Origin: Bugula neritina
Lineage: Eukaryota > Animalia > Bryozoa
DNA length: 64,000 nt
Assembly: GCA_964035545.1 (NCBI GenBank)
Contig: OZ037766.1
Location: 12,824,722-12,888,721 of the forward strand
Reading direction: 5' to 3'
The notes beneath the pieces were generated by a model. The model made no database searches, had not been told where the DNA came from, and worked only from the letters and a program-made list of their open reading frames with translations. Within the stretch, counting starts at the first letter, position 1. Every line of letters begins with the position of its first letter. Positions 23,166 through 42,389 of this stretch are shown one piece after another. The translations under genes were made by a program, and so were the position numbers.

Positions 23166-23981
23166 TTTTCTCTGAGTCTTCACCAGAGAATGATGGTATA
23201 TATAGTATTTATTATTTTTTCTTTTTTAATCTAATTATGATTGTTTCTATTTCACTCACTCGTTCCTTCCTAGCATTCAGTCTTGGTGATTCCTTTTAAT
23301 GTTTCAATTATAATATTTTGTATTTACTTTGACTTTGCATTTATGTGATGTTGATAGTTTTTACCATTCACATTTCAAATTGATATTGAAATCACTGCAA
23401 GTTATTTATCTGCTTGCAGCTAAAAAGATTCTGCAGGTAAAGATCACACCTTTGCAGAAGTCATCTAATTCAGAAGAGAAAGTCCGCTCGAAAAGGCGAA
23501 GGAAGTTATACAAACCAGATGAGAACACACTGACTGCTGACTCCACACCTAAAGATGCAAGTTTTATACTGTCAGCAATTTGTGTGTTTTCATACAACTA
23601 TAAGTTAGCATAGATACTATTGATAAGGAAGAGTGTGACTTATTTCTTTGTTTTCATAACTTACAATTTAAAACATGCATAGAAGTTATGTGCCCTTAAA
23701 CTTTCTGCTTCTCAGTTACAGTTGTGTGTGTTTGCGTTCAAACTCTAAGCATTCTTGTATACATATCATTGATCATTTTGATACCATCAGATAGGATGAT
23801 GATTAAGGTCAAACTTTAATAATCTAATTGTTGCTAGCTGAATTTCTTTTGATTACCTAATATGATTCTTTTCAACATATCTAATTTCACTATTTTACAG
23901 GTGCCCAAGAAGAAATCACAGGCTTCTGCAACAAATGTGCATGACATTGTATGCCGCAATATGAAAAGCCGACGATTTTAA
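23166..23981 (+). other. Orphan chain of three putative 3' exons of an unidentified gene (basic, NLS-like)
   Basis: 23166-23195, 23420-23556 (GC donor gcaagt) and 23901-23981 splice in frame to ...FSESSPENDAKKILQVKITPLQKSSNSEEKVRSKRRRKLYKPDENTLTADSTPKDVPKKKSQASATNVHDIVCRNMKSRRF*. Confidence 0.45.
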
Positions 23982-24369
23982 TTATTTTTTTACTGTTGCT
24001 GTACTTTATAGTTTTGTCGTTTAAACTTTATAACTATATTTTACCTTTGTGATATTTATCTTTCTAATTATTTTAATTTCATTTTCATCTGAACCATACA
24101 TATATTTTGCTGTGGAAACATTGCTTTTATAATCATATTTACAGTCAACTACAATACGTTAATTAGAAATATATTCTGGCATAATTGATTGCATTTACCT
24201 GGTCGAATTGTTTTCATTTGCTAACCAACTAAAGCTGCTGTTGATAGTTGCGGAAAACAATAGAACTCATATTGGTATTTAGAATTTCTCTCAGTTTTGT
24301 GCTGATGGAACCAAAAGTTGATATATTTGGTAGCATGAAAGAAATAATTCACTTGAGCAAAACAAACAA

Positions 24370-25165
24370 CAAAAGCCATAAAACTTTCTTGCACTTGGAT
24401 TTTCATTCTTTTGAATATTGGTATTAACGCAGCCGTTGAGAGATACCAGATATCTTCTCCAAAACTCAATTGAAATTTTATTGTGCACGTTGCAGGACAT
24501 GGACATTATTGTGAGTAATCTAAACAAATCCGTACTGGCTAATTTGTCAGACAAACCCAGCATATGCACAATAGAAATAAAAAACTGCAAGACATTGAGG
24601 TAAAAAATTTTGGGGAAACTGCTTTACCCTCGACACCAACTAGCCTTTCTGATTTTGAGAAAATTCCCAACATGATTAGAAACTTTGCAGGTCTGGAGAG
24701 CTGTGTGTATAGTTGAAGATTTTCTGTAAGTGGCGAAATGCTGAAAACACCTTTAATGGCCTCATATTTGCTGTTTTCAACACAAATAGGTTCTTGGTTG
24801 CAGCCATACCAATAGCACCTTTAATTAGTGCAAAGGTTATATACATTAAATCCATCACTCTGGACTTGATAAAACTCAAGCAATTAATTTTGGGAGAATA
24901 CAACTCTGAATTTGAACTATGGGCCATTTAAGTATGTGGCCATACCAATCTAACTTGTTATAACATGTTATTGGATATGTAGTGCAAAGGAATTATTATT
25001 CAATAGATATAATAAGTTTTCTGAGATGCTGCATCTAGAAGCCAGCTTACAAACAAATGAATACTGAATAGATGAAATGAATAATATTTAGTTCAGTTGA
25101 GAATCAGTATAGATTGAAGCAATTTTCACCTTAGCTAGCCATTACAGAAACCTTTCATCATCCAC
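24370..25165 (-). pseudogene. Inverted, decayed partial copy of the Asteroid gene
   Basis: The reverse complement matches 29070-29925 collinearly across exons and introns (e.g. aatggctagctaaggtga; aattcagagttgt; ctccagacct.caaagttt; gagttttggagaagatatc). Confidence 0.8.
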
Positions 25166-26004
25166 CTTTCTCTAGTAAAGATTTAGAAAACACATAAAAG
25201 AGTTCAATCTAAAAACAACTTTTTATGATGGTATTTATTACAGTTTTGACAACTCCAAATAGCTAATAAAACAGGCTCTAGGAATGCGGCATGAAACGAA
25301 TAACGTTAGATGCAACACAAATCTAAGGATCATTAGGTTTAGTGTTTGTAGATATTTTGGTTGGACAAACTCTGAAACAGGCGTGAAACTCCTAACCACT
25401 GCACTCAACGACCACCAAGCTTGCGCTGTTTCAAACGATTTGCAAGTAACGCTGCCTACCACCACACTCCACAGTACCATGATCAGTATGAGTATCGCGG
25501 TGGTAATATTGCTAAAGATAGCAATAGTAATACAAGTTATAAACAAATTGAACATATGTAATATAACAACCATATTTTGATCTAACGACAAAAATCAATA
25601 TAAATATTACTATTAGTATTAGTCTTCTACTTCTAGACATTACATTTACTGTAACAATCTGAATTTCAGTTTCAGTTTGAGTTTGTCACGTTGCATCCTC
25701 AGGCTCATCCTTATCTTCATATTCAAAGTGATATTCATATTGATGTTGACCCTCAAGCTCAGGCTTATTGCAGTAAAATAAATTTAGTCACTATAACTAT
25801 TACATTTACAGTGCTGTTACTCAAACTCATACTGGTACTCACAGTAAATGTAATAACTAATATAAATAATGAAATATCAGTCATACTCATAGTCATAGTG
25901 ATAGTCATAGTGATGATCATTATGATTATTCATTAGACTTAGTGATACTGATTAGACTCATTAGACTAGTCATTACAGTTACACTTACAGTTAGTCATCA
26001 AGCG

Positions 26005-26184
26005 ATCATGATCAAGCATTATCATTATACTTGATCATTTAACTGAATTAGTCAATGATATTGAATCGCAGTATGATGATGTTAACTATTACTAGCCTAA
26101 TAGTTAACATCATCATACTGCGATTCAATATCATTGACTAATTCAGTTAAATGACCAAGTATAATGATAATGCATGATCATGAT
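26005..26184. repeat. Near-perfect 180-bp palindrome
   Basis: 87-bp arms (26005-26091 / 26098-26184), 2 mismatches, 6-nt loop ctagcc. Confidence 0.95.
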
Positions 26185-26755
26185 TAGTATCAGTATTAGT
26201 TTTAGTATTAGAATTAATTTAGATGGCTATTTTATCATATTACTAGTACAATAAGTATAAATATTACATATTGATATGCCTATGCCCTAACCATATTGTC
26301 ATGGTTATGATATTGGTTATCAGTATACTATAGGCTAGACATGGTTATTTTAGTTGACTATTAAAAGTAATACTAATCAATAAATTGACATAGTTAATCT
26401 TAAATTAAAAGTAAATAAATATTAAACAAAGACAAGCTATACTGTTAGAGTAACTCATAATGATATTATAATTGTATTATTTTCAACACAGGCTGAGCTA
26501 TTTTAATAAGTAAAGTTATAGTAATATCTATTGATTAGTTATAGTTCTATAATACACTGCTTTAGCTATTTTCTGTGTTGTAGCTGTTGTATTCTTGAGT
26601 AGAAAGGATAATTTATGTAGATATCATACAATGTAGTATATTTGAGTTCCAGAAAAATACAATTAGTACAGAGAAAATTCACTGTTTATATACAAAAATA
26701 TTACATAGCTTTTTAGTGATAGCCGGTCATAATACAAAATTATAATAGATGCTTC

Positions 26756-26815
26756 ATGGCTATATGCTATATGGTTACATGGCTATATGGCTATATGGCT
26801 TTATGGCTTTATGGT
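26756..26815 (+). repeat. Degenerate (TATATGGC)n short tandem repeat
   Basis: Direct reading. Confidence 0.8.
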
Positions 26816-27260
26816 ATGATATAATTCTCATAGTCAGGGCTGTAGCAGCATCCGTGGCATATGTAACAGTAGCATACTTGCAAGTTAGACTACCTTTATC
26901 TTCTTCTTGCACAAAGTTTCAATATATTTCAGCTTAACAATGGTTCAATATATTATTCAACTCATGTAATGAGGCATATACTCCTGCAGGATTTAGATTT
27001 AAAAATTGAATAATATGTAAGTGAACATTCCTAGTAATCATTAACTCGCTCACATAGGACTAGGTTTATTGTCACTATTCCTCTGAAAAAACGCTAATGG
27101 AAGGGGTTTTTAAAGTGGTCTAATATAAAGACTTGTTTTCTATTGTGGTAGAGGAGCAATTATGACTGAATGCTCTTCCCAACACCAATTGCCTTCAATG
27201 GGATTTAAACCACTGGTCCTGTGTTTATTAAGCCAGTGCTTTAACCACTACTGACTAGAC

Positions 27261-27495
27261 CAGGGGTAGGCAACTAGGGGCTCCAGGGCCACTTGTTGCC
27301 CTTTGACCATTTTTCAGTGACCCTTTCAATGCTTAAGATAAGTAAAAGATGTCATTGATATTCTAAATTAGCACAGCGTGGGTTTGGTGACAAATTTCTT
27401 TCATATAATAAAGTTTAATGTGTACAATTATGTGGCATTTCGTTTTGACTGACTTCTGAACTTGGCCCTCGAGCAAAAGAAGTTGCCCACCCTTG
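27261..27495. mobile_element. hAT-type MITE (235 bp)
   Basis: 8-bp TSD GACTAGAC on both sides; TIR caggggtaggcaact / agttgcccacccttg. Confidence 0.9.
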
Positions 27496-27709
27496 GACTA
27501 GACCATGCCAAGGAATCTCTAACTTTCTTGTTTTAAAGTTAGCACTGCTATAAAATATGTTATGTCATAATTGGTTTTATTGATCGGAATAGACAAAATC
27601 ATAGTATAGATTTCAATTGCATGTTTTAGCAACAGCTAATAACTCTTGAGGTAGTATATGGAGAACTTTTTGAACCGATTTTGCCATACTTCACCGTTGA
27701 TGCCAAGAA

Positions 27710-30700
27710 ATGGGGATAAAAGGACTCGCTCGCTTCATCAATGAAAATGCTGATAACTTCCTGTTGCCGGAGTATTAGACTGTGGTGTGCTGGTTTTAGA
27801 CGGTTACAATGTACTCCATGATTTGTACTATACATCTCCTGCCGAGACAGCTTACGGTGGAGACTATGATGTGTTTGCTGATGCTGTCGCACAATTTTGT
27901 GAGAAGCTGAAAGACAATGGAATTAAACCATATTTTGTGTTTGATGGCTCATCGGACTTGCTTGATGCAAAGTTCGGCACGCGAAAAGAGAGGGCTTTAA
28001 AAAACGAATTCATTTAGCTAGTATGTCAAGTCACCGAAAAAGAGCAAAAATTTTACCAGCTCTTGCCTTCAAAGTAAGTACTATTGAAAATAGGTTGTGT
28101 TGTTGGCAGTAGATTAAGTGTTTTGATGCACTTTATAGATATCCAAATAATGTTCATATTTAATAGTAGCAAACTATGAAATAAAGTGCGAACTATCTCA
28201 AGTTGTGTCTTTTTAGTCTATTGCATTTCGAGTTTGTCTTAAAAGTGGCAGACTCTTCTTTAATATAATTCTAAATTTGTTGATTTCTTGGATTTTATGA
28301 AAATAAGTTATAATATTTATATATCTGTTATCATTGAATTTTACCCTTTTTGTCAAGAAAATATTTTGCTGCGATTATTTCTTTAATGTAAGCTGTAAGC
28401 TAGCATTACTATTTATATAAGTCAAGTGTGCAATTTTGAATTTTTAAGGCGCTTGTTGATAATATTATATTGGAAATTTATTTCTAAGTTGTTATATCTT
28501 CACCAGCTAAATCTACTCAGTTGATTGTAATTATTTGATGTCACTGGTGTAGGTTTGTGTAGAAAAGCTGAAGGAGTTGGATATAAAGTTATGTGTGTGT
28601 GACCACGAGGCAGACGACCAACTGGCTAGTATAGCCTACCAGTGGAACTGCCCCCTGGTGAGCAGTGATGGAGATTTCTTTCTCTTTGATTTGCCCGCAG
28701 GGGTCATTTTTGTAAAGGACCTGATGGAAGCAACAACAACAACTCATAATGGGTAAATAAGCTGCTCTTAAAGATTCATATGTTTTCACTGGTTTTTAAA
28801 AGGTAAATGTTTCTATTCATATTATTAGCATTTAAATAAAATGCCTGCATTTAACTTTTTTTTAATTATGGTGTGTATTTCTGTTGCCTTTTAGTGGTGA
28901 TGTGCTGAAGGCTCCGGTGTACAAAATTTCCAGGTTCTGTGATTTTTATAAAATTAAAGATTCCTCGTTGGTCTCCTTACTCTCTGTCATTTGTGGTAAT
29001 GACTGCTTTGCTGAAGCTATTCTCAGTCCATTTAGAAGAGCTCTGCAGGGGAATACTAGTGTCTTTGATTATAAAAAGTTTCTGCAATGGCTAGCTAAGG
29101 TGAGCATTTTCGCTCTTGTAATCAACTAAGTTTTTACGAGATTTATGTTCTCATATGTAAGCTAGCCTCTAGGTGCAGTATTTCATAAATATTGAATAAC
29201 AGTTTATCTGCACTATCCAATAACATTATACAATAATAAGGTAGATTTACATAACCACGCATCTATATGCCTTAGTATAAATTCAGAGTTGTGTTCTTCC
29301 AGTATCAATTGCTTGAGTTTTCTCAAGTACAAAGTAGTTGATGTACATAAACTTTGTATCATTTATTATCAATGGCTACAGCTTAAAACGTATTCGTGTT
29401 GACAGCAGTTCTATTTTATCGCAGTACAACAGCATAGATGAGGTCCTTAAAGGTATTTTCAGTATTCAGTCACGTTCAGAAAAGCTCAAACAAAAGATAC
29501 ACACAGTTCTCCAGACCTACAAAGTTTCGGCTAATCATGTTGGGGATTTTCTTGAGAGCAGTAAGGTTGGTTGATGCCAAGAGTCAATCTTTCACCTCCC
29601 ATCGCATCATGATGCAAATTTTCATTTCACCAACTTATTTCAAATGTTTATCAGATGTTTAAATTATCTATTGTGCATATGTTCTCACCTATCTCCGCTT
29701 TGACCTGTTCGGGTAGCGGTATTGTGCATTTGTTGAGTTGTGTTTAATAACGAGTTAGCCCGTACTGATTTGTTTAGGTTACTCACGACTATGTTCATGT
29801 GCTGCACAGCAAGCTTCCAGTTGAGTTTTGGAGAAGATATCGTTGTGCTAATATCTCTAAACGTTTGCTTGAAATACTGATATTCAAAAGAAGAATAATC
29901 TCTGTGCAGGTAGGTTTTATGGCTCGTAAATTCGGCCATTTTGTCCTTATACACACATACATAAGCCACAAGCCGTTCTCGTGACCTATAGAATTTTTTG
30001 AGAAGTGGAGCTGTGAAATATGGAGGAAGCATTGTATTTATTTTAGTGGTATAGCTTGTATGAACATCTCCCCTCTGTTAAAGGGTGGAAACTTGATGTT
30101 CGTAAAAGTTCTGCTGCTTCATAGTTTAATGTTATCATTATGTAGATGGAGGAAATGAGTAACTCTAGCGCTTGGGTCACCTCTCGGTCAATTCGGAAAA
30201 AGACCTATCAGATTTTGTCTGCGTCTACTGATGATGGTATAGTATCAGTTAGAGAGTATGACAGGGTATGGAAAAACTTGGTGCCTTCCGATGTTACTGT
30301 TGATACGGCCAGCACTGATCTCTCTCTACTTGAGCTCTATTCAAACTCAGAAATGGAAAGACTTGAACTGTTTTATTCAACTCTTGGAATAAGCGATTCT
30401 GACATCATTGATATCACATCGTATGAAAAGCGAGATATCAACATTTTGACTTCTGTCATAGTTTACTGGATTAGAAATTCTCAGCCACAAGTTCATAAGA
30501 TGTAAGTTGCTTAGTACTTCATATCAAAAATTATTTTATTTATATTTCGATTTTGTGGTGGTTTTTTTCATTTACTATATTATTATAATGCATTTATGTT
30601 TATTCAACAAGAATTATTTTTACATTTTATTTCACATTAGTTTGTGCCTTGTTCGTCCAACTCAAGATCAGAAGCATCAACTTGGTCTAGATTTGAATAT

Positions 30701-32068
30701 TATTCATGCTTTATCCCAGTTTCAATGTGTGTTGAGGTTTGTAGTTTTTTTTAAATATAATTATGTTTTTTTCTCATTTGACATTTAGTAATAATATAAT
30801 TGCATGAGTTTCTAATTTGTATCGAAATATCAATTAGTGTTTGAGTTGGGTTTTAAACATGCATTGGCTGCATTACAAGAGCTAAATTTAGTGAAAAAAC
30901 TGTGTGCCATTAAGCAATAATGTGGTTTTTCTTTACTCAAGCATCACTATTCTAATATCATTGTATGACAATAATAATATATTATACCAAACTTTGTTCT
31001 AATTCTTATAATATTTTTACTATTGTTTTGAAGTGCAGATGTTCAATCTTTGATGGTAAAATCCATATGTATTTATGAATGAAGTTCTCTTTATTTCAGT
31101 GACTCTCTGGACATGCTAGGTCTGTTGGCAATAGATGTAAATATCAAAATATACGAGGTGTTTAGTGGGCGTTATATCTACAATCTCTGTATTGAGTTGT
31201 ATGAGAGAATACAGCCTCTGTGCTATTGCACAGAGCTTCTGGTACGTGGCCAAGATCACAGCCATTTCTTTCAACAGTGAGTTTCTGTTTTGCATACATT
31301 GACATATTTTTCTCTTTCTTTGTTGTTGGAAGTGATAGCTTTGTTTAGGATCAATATTTTTTTTGTTTAAAAATAATATTTAAGTCATTCACTCAATTTG
31401 ATTAGTCAACTGTATGAATAAATTTGGGTTGATTAACTAAGCTTATTGTTTGAATTACTTAATAGCATGAAACTGACATTAGTTTAGAGTTTAGACTGTA
31501 GAATACATAGTACAAACTCATTTAGATATACAGTAATAGGTTATGCTCTGTATTTTTATGGCCAGGTGGTATAAAACGATAGAAGATTCCTGCAAAAGCT
31601 CATTACAAACTGTTGGGAATAGTAAAGTAGCCGCTGCTACTATTGCCAAAGCAGAAAAACGGGTAGGTCACGTGTCTTACGGTGTAATGTATTCGTAAAG
31701 TCTATTTAATTAATACCCTAGTCATTCTTATATTAGTCAGATAAAGTTATCGCAGGTAACAATGTTTCAGTTGTCAGACAGCAAGTGGGAGCAGTTGTAG
31801 TCAACTAATGCTTGAAAGGTGATTGAATAAAATTAACAACAAACTGGATCTATACACATATAGTTACTTTCACACAGTAATGTTGGACTTTGTTATATCT
31901 ACTTGATATTTGGGTTTTCAGAAAAAGAAAAAGGCTTATAAGGTAAAGTTGCCAGTAAGCATTCCGGAATCTTCAAATTCCGAGCAGTCAGAGCAAGAAG
32001 ATGAAACTGCATCATCAGCTTCCCTCTTAGGAAATCGATTTGCTGCTTTGACTTTGAATCCAAAGTAG
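27710..32068 (+). pseudogene. ASTE1: Asteroid homolog copy 2, probable pseudogene
   Basis: Motifs MGIKGL, LVLDGYN, YGGDY, PYFVFDG, EADDQLA, SSDGDFF, ICGND. Frameshifts at ~27775 and ~28000; ~310-bp deletion at 30650 removes an acceptor and most of an exon present in copy 1 (579-892). Confidence 0.85.
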
Positions 32069-33182
32069 TGTCACCCACCTGACTCACCTGTCTACATTCT
32101 TCACTGCTTGTCAAAACATAGAAGTTTTAGTATAAATATTTGGTAATTTGAGACAGTTTGAATATTGATAAAATATTTTATAAGCTGTCAACATTTTTTA
32201 ATAGAAATTTATATCTGTTTATATTTTACAATATACGTTTAAATTTAATAATAAATTTGTAATAGAATGTTTTCCTTCTAATTTTAGTACATTTATGCAT
32301 TGAGCATCAGTGATTTTGTTTCTCACCAGAAAACTATTGCTCATGAAAATATTTAGCTTAGTTTAATTCCTTATGCTTGAGGTAGTGTTATATAATTTCA
32401 ATTCTATTATGTCATGCTCCAGTTTTACATATGGTTTAAAGCCAAAGTTGGTTACTAAATGCTGTCTTTCTTGCTGCCAGAAGTGAGTAGACTAATCATT
32501 GCAGCTTGAGAAATTATTACAGCCGTTGTGGTTCAAATCTATTATAAATTTTGACTATACAATATATATAGCATCTTTCCACATGACTTGTGCCCTAGTG
32601 CATGATAACACCATAAATTATGAGTAGAGAATTATCAGCTATCTCTATCTGAAGATCAGTGATTTTCATGGTTATGCTTTTCATAAGAGAATCAACTGTT
32701 ATGATTGAGAACAACTCTTTATGAAATAAGGCTAATGCATTTGTGCTATAAGCTGTAAATTCAAATTATGTTCTTTCCTCAGTTCCAACTTCCAACTAAA
32801 ATGCACAATTCACCATTTGATAGTCATCAATTTTAAACTGCTCAAGTTGTCTTTTCTTTAACAGTTGGGACACTGGCGTAAAAGTATTGTCGTATTTTAA
32901 CCTTTCAAGACACCGTCATTGACCTGATAAATCGATTTACAGCTGCGTCAGTGTTACGCCCTATCAAACCGACTCCACTATATTGAGTTCTGTTGCGTTT
33001 CCAGCTCCATTGTGATTGCCATTGTTGGAACTTTGATAAAAGAAAGAAAATTTGATCCTCATAACGCCACGTGCTCATAGTGATAGATTCAAAGTGTTTT
33101 AAAAATAGCTCTTTGTATAGAGCTTAAAGTTTTTTTTTAATATTAGTACGATTACTCAACAGTACAAGTCAAAACACAAAAA

Positions 33183-39716
<6,534 letters not shown>

Positions 39717-42389
39717 ATGGTGTCCGAGTGATAATTTGTCTTGGCTTTTCATTTTCTTTGAAAAACGGGTGAATTTGATATTTATGAAGTCTTTTGAAAT
39801 ACTTAGTATAATTATGTACTTAATCTAACCAAACAATCTTAGAATGACTTTCTGTTGTGATCTACCTCTTTCTGTGTTCAGCCTTGATGGCTCTTCTGGT
39901 TATCTTCACTATTTCATTTAAATATTGTTTTCTTGTTTTGTTTTATAATAATGTCATTTAAATATGGCATACTTTTTAGTGTTTACCCTGTGTGTTTCTA
40001 GCTGTGATATTTTAAATTTTTTGTTGTTTTTGTGTGAAGTGTCAATAAAGGTGCTAATTGAATGTGCAATCGTCTAATGGTAATGATTCAAACAAATAAT
40101 TTTCAAGAAACAAAGGAAAATTACAATATTACTCAACAACATAAATAACTTGGATATTTTTATTATGCTATCACAGAATTGTAATAAAGATGCTGCTGTT
40201 TTATTAGATGTATTGACCACCAAAGACTGAATAAAAAATGAATGACATATAAAGTGCTGGGTTTATATAATAGGCGAAAAGTTAGCTTTTTTGTGGTAGC
40301 TAAAATAGCTGTACATAAGCTGTGCCATACGAAATACAGAAAAGCATAGAATAGCTAACATAGCTATAAAGCTGTAGTGATGTGTGATTGTTATTTACCT
40401 AATATGTAACAAAAGCTTTCAATGCTCTTGGAATGTGCCAACATCCAGAGTTTTTCCCAACTTCCATTTTAAATATTAAAATATTCATAATATTTTGATA
40501 TATTACATGATATATGTATATATATGTAATATATAAGTTACATATAATGTTGATCGAGAAATCAAATTTTTGATCTGCGGAATTATTAAATAAATACAAA
40601 ATATACTTGTTACAGAAAAATAATATCCTAAAAGCCTACATTTTGCTCCTAATCTAAACTTAATTTCATCTAAACTTCAATTAGTCAGATAAAATTTACA
40701 CTATTCATTAAGCAATTACAAAAAATTGAAAAGCAGCAACTGTATTTTTAGTATAAAATTGAAGGGGCATGTAATAACTCATGTTTTGTATGCATGTCAA
40801 CTTGGATAAAACATTTTTTAAGCAAGAACTATAAATAAATCCATGTGCATCTATCAGTTATAAACTGAAGTTAAAGTAGCATAAATCGATCCTTTAGATT
40901 TGCTACATAGATAACATTTGTTTAAAACCAAGGGGTTATTTTTATAAAAAGGTTGTCATCTTAATATGACTATAATGTCATTTGTTGAAAATAGTGCCAA
41001 AATCTTTGTACAAAGAGCAATGTGGTGGGGTACATGTTTGGTGAAAATACATGGAATACCCAGGTTAGCTGCAGCCTGTAGGGCGTAGGCTATAGCTTCC
41101 TCCTATTGGTTATAAGCTACATAGCCAAGCTTTCCGTAAATCATCACAGCAGGTTTGAATGAATTGCAAGCTTGTTAGCTGTTTGACTGCTTTACAGGCA
41201 TCCATGTACTTGTTGAGCTGCATTTCAGCAATTGGAACTGTTTAAATGATCATTGCTATATAAATTTAACTATACAAAAAATTTATTGGCTGATCAGGTG
41301 ACTGGCCTAGTTTAGGCTATCTATATTATGTCTGATAAGTACTGTAACTACAGTTTTTATTAATATAATTTACTTTGATTCAACTTTTTGATGTGATGTG
41401 ATTTGTGTTTCCATATATTATTTTATTTTTTAGTTTACAGTTATCAATATAATATTTTAACAACATACACCTATCTATGCCGTATGCACACTGCATTAGT
41501 ATTAACTCATATTACGCTTGGCTTCAATTATAAAACAGAGGCAGTTGGTTCTTTAGAAAGCATACGATTCTTAATATAAAAGCACATTCGATGCCCTTTT
41601 TAGCTTCCATAGCTTCTATCATAATAATCATTGTAATAGCCACTAAATATAATGAACAATTGTATAAATATCAAATATATTTCAACAATATCTCTGCAAG
41701 TCATTATTAAAATACTGCAGTATAAGCTGCAACATTTTATCACTAGCTTGCCAGTATACACTAGCTCAGGAAGCTTGCAATATAGAAAATGCATGCATGA
41801 CATAAATGAGGTATTAAGTTAATAGATTGCTCTTTACATAGCCACAATTGATGGGTGAGCAGATATATTATTAGCCTTTAAAGTTGTGGTGAGCAAAATA
41901 ATATAATCAAGTATGATCAATATTTAGGGCATTTCTATCAAAGTACTAGAGTCTAGACCTTCTGGCTGTTGCGAATAATATGCTACATTAGGCATTGATA
42001 GCAAATTACGGTTATGATTTATGATAAATAATATTATTATATCACGGACGAAATGAATAACATGGAAGTTATCTTCTCTGCTCAGACAACTCGCTCGATA
42101 TAATATTTTATATGACAAGGGATTAGGAGCGCATATCTAGAGAATTATCTCCTATATGCTTTCAAAAACCACTAGGTGGCATTATAACCTAACCTTGACG
42201 CCATCTTGAAGGCTATTACTAGCCAACGTAGTTGTCGCAATTTGTGTGCCCCATTGAGGGATAACAATTAATAAAAACGAAATATTTCAAAGTACAAATA
42301 TGATTATGTGCTGATTTTATCTGTTATTTTCTTTTAAAATTTTATAAATTTTCTTGACCCTTCAACTTTTAGGGAGTCATGGCTGAATA

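Noticed and set aside
25238-25936. Hydrophobic Ile/Val-rich ORFs
   Set aside because: They arise from low-complexity AT-rich intergenic sequence; no splice or motif support.
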